From contig OZ245742.1 of assembly GCA_965227295.1 (NCBI GenBank), forward strand, positions 4,704,001 through 4,768,000: a DNA stretch of 64,000 nucleotides. Reading direction: 5' to 3'. Shown here one piece after another: positions 50,603 through 60,949 of the stretch (the first letter of the stretch is position 1; each line of letters opens with the position of its first letter). The notes beneath the pieces were generated by a model. That model made no database searches. It was not told the origin of the DNA and saw only the letters and a list, made by a program, of their open reading frames with translations. Made by a program: the position numbers and the translations under genes. The stretch is from Leptonemataceae bacterium (GTDB taxonomy: Bacteria; Spirochaetota; Leptospiria; Leptospirales; Leptonemataceae).

Positions 50603-53557
50603 CTAGAACTTGTAGTCCAGGCTGACCGAGTAGCTGATGCCTTCACGGTAAGACCGGACGATCTCTTCGCGATTGAGGAGCGGGTTTTCCTGCACAACCT
50701 CGAAACGCGTATCCAGGATGTTCTTGATCGATCCCTTGAGGCTCAGGTTCTCCCCGAACTTCTGAGTATACACCAGGTCCAGGACACCGGAGCCCTTTTC
50801 GATGCGGTCGGAGCCGCCCTCGGCGCCGGCCGCATCCAGGCGATCACCGAAGATGTTGTACAACAGGCCGATGGACCCTGTGCGCTCTTCGTTGAAATAG
50901 AAGTCGAGCTTCAGGTTGTATACGAAGTCCGACTGGCCCGGGAGTTTGGTTTCCAGATTCGTGGGACTGTAGACCGACTCCCGACTGATCGTAACGTCGT
51001 TGGCAATGAGACCGCCGTCGATGGCAGCCTTGCGTTCGAACTCAAAGATCTCGACCCGTGAGCGAATGAAGAACAGGTTCGCCTGAAAGCCGAGGTACGT
51101 GAGAAAGTACTTCCGAAACTCGAATTCCAGCCCGCGGATCTCTCCGTCCTTCGCATTGATGAACGTGGCGTCGTTGCCGATGTTCTGCGAGGCGACACCG
51201 ATCTTCGTAATCGGATCCGAGAGGTCTTTGTAGAACAGACCCACGCCCGTATACTCTTCCGGGGACATGTAATACTCCCAGCGGGCGTCGTAGTTGTGAA
51301 TGTAGGCGCGACGCAGAGCCCGGTTACCGAAGACACGCTCGCCGCCGAACGACGGGGCGAAGCCGAACTCGGAGAGATCCCGGAAGTCCGGACGGTTCAA
51401 CGTTTCCGTATAACCGAAGCGGAGGTTCATATCGTCCGTGGCCTCGTAGACCGTGTTCACGGACGGCAGGAGGTCCTTGGTCCGCAACTCACCCACGCCG
51501 GGGTTGAGGTAGTTATACTGCCAGAATTCAAACTCGTTCTGCGCGATGTAAGTCCGCACGAACTGATAGCTGTCCTCGTAGCGCGCGCCCGTAATGATCC
51601 GCAGCTTCGGAACCAGGGGCATGTCCACCTGGGCGAAGTACGCGTGGATCTTTTGAGCCGCATTGTAGTTGTTCGGTACCGTGGACTGCTGGCTCACGCG
51701 ATACTGCTGGGTAATCGCCGTATTCAGCTCCGGGGCCACCAGGATCGGAAAGCTGAAGCGAATATCTCCCGGAACCAGCGAGTTTTCCAGATGCCCCTGG
51801 GTACCGACCAGGTTGAAGAAGTAAACATCGGACGTGAAGTCCTTCGCCCGGTCACTGGCCAGGGCACCCAACTTGAACTTCGACAGCAGGCCGTTCCATT
51901 GCTTAAACGGAATTTCGTAGCTGAAATCGAAGCTGTCCGTCTGGTCTTCCGCCTCGGAGTAGAACTTAAACGCGTTGTCCGAACCGGTCGCACGATAATA
52001 AAAGTCGATGGCGCCCAGCGGGTCCCGCTCGAAAATCTGGCGGCTCTGGTCCGGTTCGTTGCGAGTGGCACGCGAATGACCGTAGCGCCATTCGAGTTTA
52101 TGCGGCCGGGAACCACCGAGGTTCAGGGCGTGCTCGCCTTTGAAGATGTGGTGCAAAATCTCGCGTTCGATCCAGCCCGTGTCGATGGTCTGGATGTCGA
52201 ACTCCGGTTGGCCTTCCGCATCCACGTAGCCGTAGCCTTCTTCGACGTACTTTTCGGACGTGCGCGAAAGCAGTGTCTGGGAGGAAAACCGCTGGTTGGG
52301 AACCGGCTCGAACGAGAAGTTCAGGTTGTTGCCCCAGAGCACCTCTTCGTTGCTGCGATCGATGTCCCGGGAGATACGCGGAGTGATGAGGTTGAAATCC
52401 GGAAACTGGCGACCGAACGGCAGGAACGGCTGATACTCCACACGTTTTTCGTCGCGCCGACGCCACTTGCGATTGTACGAAGTTCCGAACAGGTAACCGA
52501 AGCGGCCCTTTTCTCCGACCTGCTTAGAATCACCCAAAGACAACTTAAAGCTACGGTCCACCGGAGCATTGATGGTATAAGGATCCCAGGACTTGTGATT
52601 GAACTGCGCCCCACCCAACTGGGTGATCAGCTCGGGGATGCCGCCGAAGCGACTGCCGCGAACGAAGGGAACCCATTCCGGCAGCGAGTCCACGATCTCG
52701 GGACGATCCCGGGTGCCGTCGTCCTGGGCAAGCCAGTCGGTGCCGCCACCTTTGTAAGTGCGAAAGTGCTGCTGCGTGGTGTTCTCGTTGTAACCGAGAC
52801 CGAAGCCGACGCTTAACAGGAACTCGTCCGGGAATTCTTTGGTTTCGATCTTAACAATACCGCCGGAGAAGTCCGCCGGGTCTTCCGGTGAGAAGGTCTT
52901 GATGATGCGAATGTTCTTAATGAGGCCCGCGGGAAAGAGGTCCAGCGGGACAACACGTTTGTCCGGTTCCGGGGAAGCCACGAGGACATCGTTCAGCATG
53001 GTCTGCGAGTAACGTTCACCGAGTCCACGGACGAAGACGAACTTGCCGCCGACGATGGTGATACCGGTTACGCGTTTGAGCACATCGCTGGCGGACGAGT
53101 CCGGGCTGCGCTTGATTGCTTCGGCACTGATGCCGTCGGATACCGTGCCCGATTTGCGCTGCAGCGCGAGCATGGACGCCTCGGTGTTGTTCAGCGCACG
53201 CCCTTCTACTTCCACCACGTCCAGGGCCTGCACGCCCATGGTCTGGTTGCGCGTAACGTTACCGCCGGCCGGAACGTTGATTGTGGCCGTCTGGGTTTCG
53301 TAGCTCACACCCTGGAACTGAATCTGCTGCTCGCCGGCCGGAACCTGAAGGCGATAGCGACCTTCAAAGTCCGTCTGAGCGAACGCGTTCGTTCCGGGAA
53401 CTGTGACGGTTACACCGAAGACCGGTTCGGCGGTCTCCGAGTCGATGACACGACCGGAGATGGTTCCGGTCTCTTGAGCCGCCAGGGGAGCGGCAATGAT
53501 TAAGAATGATGCAACTGTAAGGGCCGCAAAAACCGCCCGCAGTGATACTCGATACAT
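50603..53557 (-). CDS. TonB-dependent outer-membrane receptor
   Basis: Signal peptide; carboxypeptidase-regulatory-like N-domain; plug (SDGISAE.I...DS...VRGLGERY...VPLDLFP); barrel ending YSVSLDYKF. Confidence 0.95.
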   Translation of the reverse strand: MYRVSLRAVFAALTVASFLIIAAPLAAQETGTISGRVIDSETAEPVFGVTVTVPGTNAFAQTDFEGRYRLQVPAGEQQIQFQGVSYETQTATINVPAGGNVTRNQTMGVQALDVVEVEGRALNNTEASMLALQRKSGTVSDGISAEAIKRSPDSSASDVLKRVTGITIVGGKFVFVRGLGERYSQTMLNDVLVASPEPDKRVVPLDLFPAGLIKNIRIIKTFSPEDPADFSGGIVKIETKEFPDEFLLSVGFGLGYNENTTQQHFRTYKGGGTDWLAQDDGTRDRPEIVDSLPEWVPFVRGSRFGGIPELITQLGGAQFNHKSWDPYTINAPVDRSFKLSLGDSKQVGEKGRFGYLFGTSYNRKWRRRDEKRVEYQPFLPFGRQFPDFNLITPRISRDIDRSNEEVLWGNNLNFSFEPVPNQRFSSQTLLSRTSEKYVEEGYGYVDAEGQPEFDIQTIDTGWIEREILHHIFKGEHALNLGGSRPHKLEWRYGHSRATRNEPDQSRQIFERDPLGAIDFYYRATGSDNAFKFYSEAEDQTDSFDFSYEIPFKQWNGLLSKFKLGALASDRAKDFTSDVYFFNLVGTQGHLENSLVPGDIRFSFPILVAPELNTAITQQYRVSQQSTVPNNYNAAQKIHAYFAQVDMPLVPKLRIITGARYEDSYQFVRTYIAQNEFEFWQYNYLNPGVGELRTKDLLPSVNTVYEATDDMNLRFGYTETLNRPDFRDLSEFGFAPSFGGERVFGNRALRRAYIHNYDARWEYYMSPEEYTGVGLFYKDLSDPITKIGVASQNIGNDATFINAKDGEIRGLEFEFRKYFLTYLGFQANLFFIRSRVEIFEFERKAAIDGGLIANDVTISRESVYSPTNLETKLPGQSDFVYNLKLDFYFNEERTGSIGLLYNIFGDRLDAAGAEGGSDRIEKGSGVLDLVYTQKFGENLSLKGSIKNILDTRFEVVQENPLLNREEIVRSYREGISYSVSLDYKF

Positions 53558-53616
53558 GTATATCCTCAGATTGAATCTATATGGGGCTGAGGATGCGCTG
53601 CGTAGTTTGCAAAATT

Positions 53617-53634
53617 ATTACACGGGAATGACAG
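53617..53634 (-). promoter_or_regulatory. Pho-box-like direct repeat upstream of the receptor
   Basis: CTGTCAT-TCCC-GTGTAAT on minus strand (11-bp period), third weak unit TTGCAAA. Confidence 0.6.
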
Positions 53635-53670
53635 CGTAAGATTGTGCAGCCGCCGGCCTACGCGGTAGCA

Positions 53671-54240
53671 CTAGTTCGGTCCGAAGAGCACGATCTTGAA
53701 TTGGCCGCGGTGTTCCAGGATGGCACGCACCAGATCCGTTTCGAGGACCTTTCCATTGGAGTCTCGCATCCGGACGAAGCCGGGAAAGTGAATCATGACG
53801 GCGTTGTACTGTTCGGGCGGACGGCGAAACGTAAAATCCAGGACCTCCACCGGTCCCTTCGCCAGTTGGTGGCGCAGACGTTTGATGCCCAGCGGGCGGC
53901 GATCCTGTTCAATGACCCAACCGTCCCAGGGCTCAAGATGTGTCCCGCCGGTCCACTTCTCGGGAAGGTTGGCCCAGTAGATTTCCGCGTACTCCTTTTC
54001 GCTGAGGATGTAGCGTTCATGCTCGCCGCTGTTGGGATTGCTCAGGAAAGCGCTGACATACTTTTCCACGGCCCGGACCATATCGGGGCTCGCGTCATTG
54101 ATTTCGTAGCGGGTCTTAATGTGTTTCTTGAACCATTCTTTGCGCCACTCAATGTCCTTCCACGGATCGGGCTCGCGGCAGGCACCGCCGACGCCCGCCA
54201 GGCATAACAGAGTAAGCAGGATGATGCAGTATTTCTTCAT
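53671..54240 (-). CDS. Hypothetical lipoprotein
   Basis: MKKYCIILLTLLCLAGVGGAC signal; 189 aa; between surface lipoprotein and receptor genes. Confidence 0.7.
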   Translation of the reverse strand: MKKYCIILLTLLCLAGVGGACREPDPWKDIEWRKEWFKKHIKTRYEINDASPDMVRAVEKYVSAFLSNPNSGEHERYILSEKEYAEIYWANLPEKWTGGTHLEPWDGWVIEQDRRPLGIKRLRHQLAKGPVEVLDFTFRRPPEQYNAVMIHFPGFVRMRDSNGKVLETDLVRAILEHRGQFKIVLFGPN

Positions 54241-54278
54241 GATGATGTCAGGGATGAATTCGGGAATGATTTGTGAAT

Positions 54279-54310
54279 AAAAAAGAGAGGGAGGTTGCCC
54301 CCCCTCTCTT
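54279..54310 (-). terminator. Rho-independent terminator after the surface lipoprotein gene
   Basis: AAGAGAGGG...CCCTCTCTT stem with U-run on the minus strand. Confidence 0.7.
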
Positions 54311-54333
54311 ACCAAAAAATCGAATCACTTCGA

Positions 54334-55722
54334 TTAGTTAGCCGGGAACGTGGTCCAGCCTACGGTCCAATCGGTACCATCCGGGGTAGCACCGGTGTTG
54401 GAGGTATCCGTGAAGAAACCTTCCAGGCCGCCCAGAGCAGAGCTAACGCTCGTGCCGGCTGCCGTCGTGTTCAGGTAGCCTGCAGACGAGTTGTCCGAAT
54501 CAGCGGCCGTCGGAGCCGACGTCAGCGTTTTCTGGAGATTACCCGGGGTAGCGCATTGACCGTTCGAAGAGTTGCCGTTGGTCGTACCGGTCGGGCCCAC
54601 GATGTTGTCGTAGGTGATGGTAGCGCCGTCTTCACAGTCGATATTCGCGCCGGTACCGCCCGTATTCTCGTAACCCCAGAGCAGGCCGTGGGTAACGTTA
54701 CCCTGTAGACCTTCGCGGAGGTGCATGGCATCCTGGTTGGAAACCGTTGCCTGGAATACGTTCTTCGAACCGATGAGCGTAAAGTTCGCCGCTTTGACAG
54801 TACCGGCAGAGTTGAAGCTACCGCCGTTGTTCACGGAGCAGGTAGACAGACCGGTACAGGTACCGTTGCGGGAACCGTTCCACTCGAAACCGCGCGGATC
54901 GTTACCGACCGCCGAGGCGTTGGTGCCGTACTTGTGACCGATGAGGTACTGGAGTTTTCCAGAGTAACCTTCGTCGATGTCGAAGTCGTCGTCACCGGTA
55001 CCGGTGGAGATCAGGTGAGTCCCGTTGACCGTGCCGCCGAACCATTCGTAGGCGTCGTCCAGGCCAAGGTGGCACTGCACGTGATCCAGAGTCGTACCCG
55101 TTCCGACGGTGTACAGCGAAAGGCAGTTCAGCTCGTCACCGGTTGCGATGGCGAAACCGGCGAACTGGATCCGCACGTACTGCAGAATTCCGGAAGAGTC
55201 GGCGCTGTCGGTCGAACCGGAGCCGCCGTAGGTTTCCGCGTCCGCACCGGAGCCTTCCGTAGAGCTGGAGCCCTGGTTGGTCGGCGCGTCACCGATCAGG
55301 ACGATCCCGCCCCAGTCGCCGGAAGCTTTGCTGCCGTCGTTCTGAGCGGAGGTGAAGGTAATCGGCGCGGCGGCCGTTCCTTGAGCGATGATCCGTCCAC
55401 CGTTGCGAACGAACAGAGCGGAACCGGTATCTCCGAAAATCGTGGCACCGGCCGGAATGATCAGAATAGCGCCGTTGTCGACCTTAACGGTGCCCGCAAG
55501 GCGGACCGTCGTGCCGGTCGTTACCGTACCGGTGATCGTTCCTTCCAGAGTAGAGACACCGCCACCGGCAAGCGCAGCAGCGCCGGCCAGAAGGCCCAGG
55601 GCCAGGGCGTCATCATTGTCGTCGTCGTCTTCGAGCCCGAGGATGCTGCACTGTGCCGTGCTCAGGGAGAGCACCAGAGCCGCAGCCAGCAGGCTCCATT
55701 TCTTGAGGTTGTTTTCAAACAT
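54334..55722 (-). CDS. Surface lipoprotein, probable beta-helix, of the family that accompanies TonB-dependent receptors
   Basis: Lipobox STAQC + acidic/hydrophobic linker; GT...PITFTS, GDWGGIVLIG.AP, SGILQYVRI.FAG, DELN.L, DD.YEWFGGTV, DDDFDID.GY.G. Confidence 0.8.
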   Translation of the reverse strand: MFENNLKKWSLLAAALVLSLSTAQCSILGLEDDDDNDDALALGLLAGAAALAGGGVSTLEGTITGTVTTGTTVRLAGTVKVDNGAILIIPAGATIFGDTGSALFVRNGGRIIAQGTAAAPITFTSAQNDGSKASGDWGGIVLIGDAPTNQGSSSTEGSGADAETYGGSGSTDSADSSGILQYVRIQFAGFAIATGDELNCLSLYTVGTGTTLDHVQCHLGLDDAYEWFGGTVNGTHLISTGTGDDDFDIDEGYSGKLQYLIGHKYGTNASAVGNDPRGFEWNGSRNGTCTGLSTCSVNNGGSFNSAGTVKAANFTLIGSKNVFQATVSNQDAMHLREGLQGNVTHGLLWGYENTGGTGANIDCEDGATITYDNIVGPTGTTNGNSSNGQCATPGNLQKTLTSAPTAADSDNSSAGYLNTTAAGTSVSSALGGLEGFFTDTSNTGATPDGTDWTVGWTTFPAN

Positions 55723-55828
55723 TCAATCAAACTCCATGCACACGAACTCGCGTGGCCCATTCATAACTGAGGCACCGAAGATCACGCGTGCAAGTTCTGT
55801 GGATTTTAGTATAAGATCACTGCGTCGT

Positions 55829-55846
55829 ATTACCACAATGTGACGG
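55829..55846 (-). promoter_or_regulatory. Pho-box-like direct repeat upstream of the lipoprotein
   Basis: CCGTCAC-ATTG-TGGTAAT (11-bp period); TATACT at 55808-55813 downstream. Confidence 0.45.
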
Positions 55847-55864
55847 GAGCTTGAAGATCATTTA

Positions 55865-55895
55865 AATGCGGAACGGCAGCTCACCGTTCCGCATT
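55865..55895 (-). terminator. 12-bp hairpin after tonB (terminator candidate)
   Basis: AATGCGGAACGG-CAGCTCA-CCGTTCCGCATT; weak U-tract. Confidence 0.55.
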
Positions 55896-55951
55896 AAGAT
55901 GTTCACAAAGGAGACAGGAATTTGAGACGTGTTTGTAACAGAAGGTCCGAC

Positions 55952-56599
55952 TTACTTGAGTCGATAACGCACCGGGATGATCACCTTCACGGTAATCGGC
56001 GAACCGTTTTGCAGCGACGGCTTAAACCTTTTCTTACGGTAAGTTAGTATCGCGGCGCGTTCGAGGCCGTAACCGACCTGATTGCGCGGACGTACCATAA
56101 GCACCTCGCCGGTATTCGCCACGACCACTTCCAAATAAAGAATGCCTTCATAGTTTTCGGCGCGCGCCTCGTCGGTGTACGGGGGTTTCATGTCGGGATT
56201 CAAATCCACCGGCGCGGTGGCGTTGATCTGAAAGGGATTCTGCGCGCTGGCAATACGATCGTCGACTTCCTCTTCGAGTTTCTTGTCCGTGGGTTCAATC
56301 TCTCCCTCGGCCACTTCCTGAGGAGCGGTCTCCTGGTCTTCGACTTCCACGTTCGACACAAAGGCGATCTCATCGTAGATGGTATCGTCTTCGAAACGCA
56401 GGGGTTTGAACGACACGGCCAGAATGACCGTGGCCTGGAAGAACAGGGAAATCAGGAAAAAGATCCGAAAACGATTCTGAAAGAACCAGATGGCCCGCTT
56501 CTGAGCGGCCGTACGTTGCACGGAACCGCGGGCCTGCGGTTCCAGCTGCGATTCCGGGCTTTCTCCGGAGTTTTCCGCTACGTTTTCTTCTTCCATCAT
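55952..56599 (-). CDS. tonB: Energy transducer TonB
   Basis: N-terminal TM, acidic linker, TonB-C domain (PPYTDEAR...EG...G.GLE.AA...FKP...G.P..V). Confidence 0.88.
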   Translation of the reverse strand: MMEEENVAENSGESPESQLEPQARGSVQRTAAQKRAIWFFQNRFRIFFLISLFFQATVILAVSFKPLRFEDDTIYDEIAFVSNVEVEDQETAPQEVAEGEIEPTDKKLEEEVDDRIASAQNPFQINATAPVDLNPDMKPPYTDEARAENYEGILYLEVVVANTGEVLMVRPRNQVGYGLERAAILTYRKKRFKPSLQNGSPITVKVIIPVRYRLK

Positions 56600-56655
56600 A
56601 AAATCACTTCCTTAAAGCTCAGCATAGATGCCAGGCCAAAATCATTACAAAGTAT

Positions 56656-57060
56656 TTACAGCCGCCGGTTTTCCTGCTTCGTCACCATCGCAAAATTCTT
56701 CACGCCGGCTTCCCGCATATCGTCCAGGAGAGCCTGAACTACGTTAAAATCAAGTTTGCTGTGGGCCTGAATGTTCACCCGGACCTGGGAATCCTCGGCC
56801 ACCTCGGCGCGGATGTTGTTAATGGCCGCGGCACGATCCATCGGCACCGGGCCGAACCAGAAGATCATGTTCTTATCGATGGAGACCATCACCTCTTTGT
56901 CTTTCAGCTCCGCGCCGGAGGCGTCCGGGAGCTGGAGATCGATGTCCGTGTCGGTCTTCAGGACCGAGGTAACCATGAAGAAGACGAGCAGCAGGAAGGC
57001 GATGTCCGCCATGGAACTCATCGGCACGGAGGCCGTGAATTTGTTTTTACGCATTGCCAT
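56656..57060 (-). CDS. exbD: ExbD/TolR family protein
   Basis: SSMADIAFLLLVFFMVT, LP. Confidence 0.92.
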   Translation of the reverse strand: MAMRKNKFTASVPMSSMADIAFLLLVFFMVTSVLKTDTDIDLQLPDASGAELKDKEVMVSIDKNMIFWFGPVPMDRAAAINNIRAEVAEDSQVRVNIQAHSKLDFNVVQALLDDMREAGVKNFAMVTKQENRRL

Positions 57061-57093
57061 AGTAATTCAAATGAGAGCCGATGAACCGGCCGA

Positions 57094-57516
57094 CTACTTC
57101 GGTTTCTGAAGCGATATTTTCTGAAAGCCTCGCTCCCGAATGATTCCCAGAACCTCGACCATTTCCTGGACGGTGGTCGGACTCTGCGCGGAGAGCACCG
57201 CAAACTTGTCCGGTAAGTTCGGAATCTCCAGGACTTTGAGTTCCTCGCGAAACTTATCGTGGCTCGGATACTGCTGCACCCGAATGCTCGGATGCTCCAG
57301 CTTGATTTGCGGTCCCGTCACCTGCACGAGGTATACGTTCTCTTTGACGACCTTCTGAGGCGCCGAGTCTTTCTTCGGCAGCGAACTCAGGATGCCTTCT
57401 TTTACGTAGAAGACCGAGGCCACCATAAAGAAGACGAGCAACAGGAACGCAATGTCCGACATACTCGAGGACGGAATTTCTTCCGCCGTGATCTTTTTGC
57501 GTAGATTAACCGCCAT
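57094..57516 (-). CDS. exbD: ExbD/TolR family protein
   Basis: SSMSDIAFLLLVFFMVA, LP. Confidence 0.9.
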   Translation of the reverse strand: MAVNLRKKITAEEIPSSSMSDIAFLLLVFFMVASVFYVKEGILSSLPKKDSAPQKVVKENVYLVQVTGPQIKLEHPSIRVQQYPSHDKFREELKVLEIPNLPDKFAVLSAQSPTTVQEMVEVLGIIRERGFQKISLQKPK

Positions 57517-57551
57517 AGTAATCAGTAAGACCGTGTATCAGAGCGCCGCAC

Positions 57552-58448
57552 TTACGCCGCGGAGCTCTGACCCGATTGTTTGCCCTGGAGACGCAGCAAC
57601 TCTTTGTAAATCGAGTTGGCCGCCTGCTCGATGTCCGTGGCGAAACCGTTCACCTTACCGGTGAAGTACTGGAAAAAGACCATGGCCGGAATACCGACGA
57701 TCAGACCCGTGGCCGTGGTGATGAGGGCTTCTTTAATACCGCCGGCGACGACCTTAGCATTCACGGTGTCCGCGTTGGCGATGGCGTCGAAGGCGCCGAT
57801 CATACCTGAGACGGTTCCGAGGAAGCCGATCAGCGGGGCGATGGTGGAAACAGCGGCGAGGACTGCCAGACCCCATTCGGAGCGCTGAATCAGGTTCCCG
57901 GCTTCGCGCTCCACGCCGCGCGTGAAGAGTTCCGGATCGTTGCTCGCCACGGCCATGCCTTCTTTCAGGATGCCGGTGATTTCGTACTCTTCGTATTCAC
58001 CGAAGGTCTTCTCCGCGCCTTTGAGTCCGCCGGACTGGAGCGAATCGGAAAGATCCTGCTGGAAGCTCTTGTGCGAAATCTTCACCGCGAAGAAGTAGTA
58101 GTACAGGCGTTCCAGGATGATCATGAGCATGATGATCGAAGCGGCGAGCAGCGGATACATGGCCCAGCCGCCGGCCAGAAAATACGAAAGAATGCTGATG
58201 GAATCGTCGGCCGCGACGGGCTCCACTTCTTCCGCGGCTTCGGTTGCTTTTTCGGTAACGCCGTCTTCGCCTTCGGCCGCTGCTTCGGATTGTTCCGTGG
58301 TGGCCTCCTCGGCGGGCGGGTTCTGCGCGTAGGAGCGCTCCATGAAAAGACCCAGGTGAGCGATCACAACGAAGGCGACCATCACCGCGAGTCGAACGTG
58401 CTTATAATTGTGAGGATTGTAGTTCAGAAGCTGAAAGATTCGGTTCAT
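57552..58448 (-). CDS. exbB: MotA/TolQ/ExbB proton channel protein
   Basis: GGWAMYPL, APLIGFLGTVSGMI.AF, GGIKEALITTATGL. Confidence 0.93.
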   Translation of the reverse strand: MNRIFQLLNYNPHNYKHVRLAVMVAFVVIAHLGLFMERSYAQNPPAEEATTEQSEAAAEGEDGVTEKATEAAEEVEPVAADDSISILSYFLAGGWAMYPLLAASIIMLMIILERLYYYFFAVKISHKSFQQDLSDSLQSGGLKGAEKTFGEYEEYEITGILKEGMAVASNDPELFTRGVEREAGNLIQRSEWGLAVLAAVSTIAPLIGFLGTVSGMIGAFDAIANADTVNAKVVAGGIKEALITTATGLIVGIPAMVFFQYFTGKVNGFATDIEQAANSIYKELLRLQGKQSGQSSAA

Positions 58449-58467
58449 TCGGATGTCCGTAGTTCCT

Positions 58468-58524
58468 GTGACAGTAATTTGAGAGGGATTACGATGCCCG
58501 GGCTCTGTTACAGATATGTGACAC
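58468..58524 (-). promoter_or_regulatory. Two Pho-box-like direct repeats in the exbB / DUF5690 divergent spacer
   Basis: GTGTCAC-ATAT-CTGTAAC (58507-58524) and CTCTCAA-ATTA-CTGTCAC (58468-58485), minus strand. Confidence 0.7.
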
Positions 58525-58581
58525 GCACAAGAAATTCTCTTATCCAGTAGGACTCTTCACCAATCGCAAAAGATTAGTTGC

Positions 58582-59937
58582 ATGCTTCGCGGCGGCCCCG
58601 GAGTCTTCGGCATGGCATCCCTTTCCACGACGATCCGCGGCCGGCTGAGCAACGCCGGCGGCCTCACCTTCTCCGTCTACGCCATCGCGGCGGCCTTCGG
58701 CACCTACTTCTGCATGTACGCCTTCCGGAAACCGTTCTCGGTGGCGACCTTCGAGGGCATGGCGGCGGTCCCCCTGCCCTTCCTGCCGGACCTCGACTAC
58801 AAAATCACCCTGATCATCGCCCAGGTCATCGGCTACATGCTCTCCAAATTTTACGGCGTTAAATTCATTTCGGAGATTTCGGCGTCGAAGCGGGCGCTTT
58901 CGATCATCCTGTTCATCGGGATCGCCGAGCTGGCCCTGTTCTTCTTCGCGCTGACCCCGGCCCCCTACAACATCCTCTTCCTGTTCGTAAACGGCATCCC
59001 GCTGGGATTGATCTGGGGCCTGGTCTTCGGCTTTCTGGAAGGCCGGCGCTTCACGGAGGCCCTGGGCGCCGGCCTGAGCGCGTCCTACATCGTCGCGAGC
59101 GGCGCGGTGAAGAACGTCGGCGCCGTCCTCATGAACGCCGGCGTCAGCGAGTTCTGGATGCCCTTCGCCGTCGGCCTGATCTTTTTTCCGTTGCTTCTGC
59201 TCTTCGTCTACATGCTGCAACTGCTGCCCCCGCCCACGGCGGAGGACGAGCGCCTGCGCACCCGCCGCGAGCCCATGTACGCCGAGGACCGGCGCCGCTT
59301 TCTTACGATGTTCGGGCCGGGCCTGTTCGCCTTAACATTTCTTTATATGTTCTTAACGGCCTACCGGGATTTCCGCGACAACTTCGCCGCGGAAATCTGG
59401 AAGGCCCTGGGCTACGGCGACACCCCGGGCATCTTTACGCTCTCGGAGCTGCCCGTAACCGTCGGTGTGTTGATCTTACTGGGACTGCTCTTTCGCATCC
59501 GCAGCAACCGCACGGCGCTCATGGTAATCATGTTCGCCATGCTCGGCGGTTCGGCGCTCATCGGCGGGGCGACCTTTCTCTACCAGGCCGGCCTGCTCGA
59601 TCCGGCGGTGTGGATGATCCTGGTGGGCCTCGGCCTGTACATCGGCTACGTTCCGTACGGCTGCATCCTCTTCGAACGACTGATCGCCGCGGTGGGTTTT
59701 GTGGGCACGGCGGGTTTTATGATCTACGTCACCGACGCCTTCGGATACCTGGGCAGTGTCGCGCTGCTGCTCTACAAAAACTTCGGCCACCCGGACCTGG
59801 CGTGGCTGGATTTCTTCATCCTCGCCTCGTACGCGACGTCGCTGGTGTGTTGCATCGCCTTTGCCTACTCGCTGTACTACTTTATGGCGGCGGTGAAACA
59901 CGAAGAAGCCGAGGAATCGGAAGAGGTGCCGGCTTGA
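58582..59937 (+). CDS. DUF5690-like MFS-type transporter
   Basis: AAFGTYFCMYAFRKPF, AQVIGYMLSKF.G.KFISE, FLEGRR.TE, YRDFRDNF, FERLIA, DAFGYLGS; ~12 TM; start 58582 or 58612. Confidence 0.85.
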   Translation: MLRGGPGVFGMASLSTTIRGRLSNAGGLTFSVYAIAAAFGTYFCMYAFRKPFSVATFEGMAAVPLPFLPDLDYKITLIIAQVIGYMLSKFYGVKFISEISASKRALSIILFIGIAELALFFFALTPAPYNILFLFVNGIPLGLIWGLVFGFLEGRRFTEALGAGLSASYIVASGAVKNVGAVLMNAGVSEFWMPFAVGLIFFPLLLLFVYMLQLLPPPTAEDERLRTRREPMYAEDRRRFLTMFGPGLFALTFLYMFLTAYRDFRDNFAAEIWKALGYGDTPGIFTLSELPVTVGVLILLGLLFRIRSNRTALMVIMFAMLGGSALIGGATFLYQAGLLDPAVWMILVGLGLYIGYVPYGCILFERLIAAVGFVGTAGFMIYVTDAFGYLGSVALLLYKNFGHPDLAWLDFFILASYATSLVCCIAFAYSLYYFMAAVKHEEAEESEEVPA

Positions 59938-59941
59938 TTCT

Positions 59942-60916
59942 TCAACCGCCGCAGCGTTCCATCTTACGTAGCGCGGTCTTCAGGCGATCCTTCTCCACCT
60001 GATCCACTACGCCTTTTTCCAGGCGGTCCTGCATGAACTTGCGGGCGGGAGCGAAGACCGGCGGGCAGATCTCGGCATAGTAATCGTACGCGTTCATGCG
60101 ATCGAAGTAGTTGTCCGTGTACGGCTCGCCGGTCATGCGCAGCCAGTAGTAGAGGTTCGCCCGGTCGCGGTCCGAGAGATTCAGTACAATGAAATGTTTT
60201 TCGCACTGCTTGATGAGCAGGTCCGGCATGTTCGTGTCGCCGCACTCCCGCGTCAGATCGGCGACGTACTTGCGATACTCGGCAATGTCGAAGTCGTGGA
60301 AGTCGCGGCGATTCGTTACCTCCACGAAGTCACGGCGCACGAGTACCTTGTCGAAGGGATTGCGCAGCACGAGATCGTAGCCGCCCGGCGCGGCCCCGGT
60401 TAGATCCAGGCGCACCACCATGCGTTGACCGCTGTCGTCGATCTCCACGTCCTGCACCGGGATCAGTTTGTCACCCTGGCGGACCATCACTTCCATCACG
60501 TTCTTAAAGAAGTAATCCCCTTCCAGGGCGAAGCTGAACGTACGCTCGTTGCGATTGTTTGCCGCCAGTTTGCGATCGCTCTTTTGATCCAGTTGCGGCG
60601 TGCGCGAAACCAACACCCGCAGTGGCCGCCAGTCGGACCAGACGGTGGTGCGGCCGAAGACGTTCAGCGGCGTCGTGCGGATGTCGTACTTGCCCACGGG
60701 CAGATCCACTTTCAGGTACGTGGTCTGCACGGTCTTATCGCGCACGACCTTTTCGGTTTCCCGCTCGCGCACCTGCACCCGGTAGCCGCGCGCCCCGGCG
60801 ATGGGCTTCCAGGCCACATAGCCGTCTTTGATCTGTGCCCCGGCCGGATGTACGAGGGCCAGCACGAGGGCGATAGCAATGAGAGTCGGGATCGGGCGGA
60901 AGATTCGAGTTTTCAT
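59942..60916 (-). CDS. Exported Fn3/Ig-like protein, paralog of 15407-17077 (different C-terminus)
   Basis: Signal peptide; VAWKPIAGARGYRVQVRE, DLPVGKYDIR, N.FG...W..WR.L.V, GGYDLVLRNP align with 15407. Confidence 0.72.
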   Translation of the reverse strand: MKTRIFRPIPTLIAIALVLALVHPAGAQIKDGYVAWKPIAGARGYRVQVRERETEKVVRDKTVQTTYLKVDLPVGKYDIRTTPLNVFGRTTVWSDWRPLRVLVSRTPQLDQKSDRKLAANNRNERTFSFALEGDYFFKNVMEVMVRQGDKLIPVQDVEIDDSGQRMVVRLDLTGAAPGGYDLVLRNPFDKVLVRRDFVEVTNRRDFHDFDIAEYRKYVADLTRECGDTNMPDLLIKQCEKHFIVLNLSDRDRANLYYWLRMTGEPYTDNYFDRMNAYDYYAEICPPVFAPARKFMQDRLEKGVVDQVEKDRLKTALRKMERCGG

Positions 60917-60949
60917 GAGATATGCAACGGGTACAAAGCTAAGCGGATC

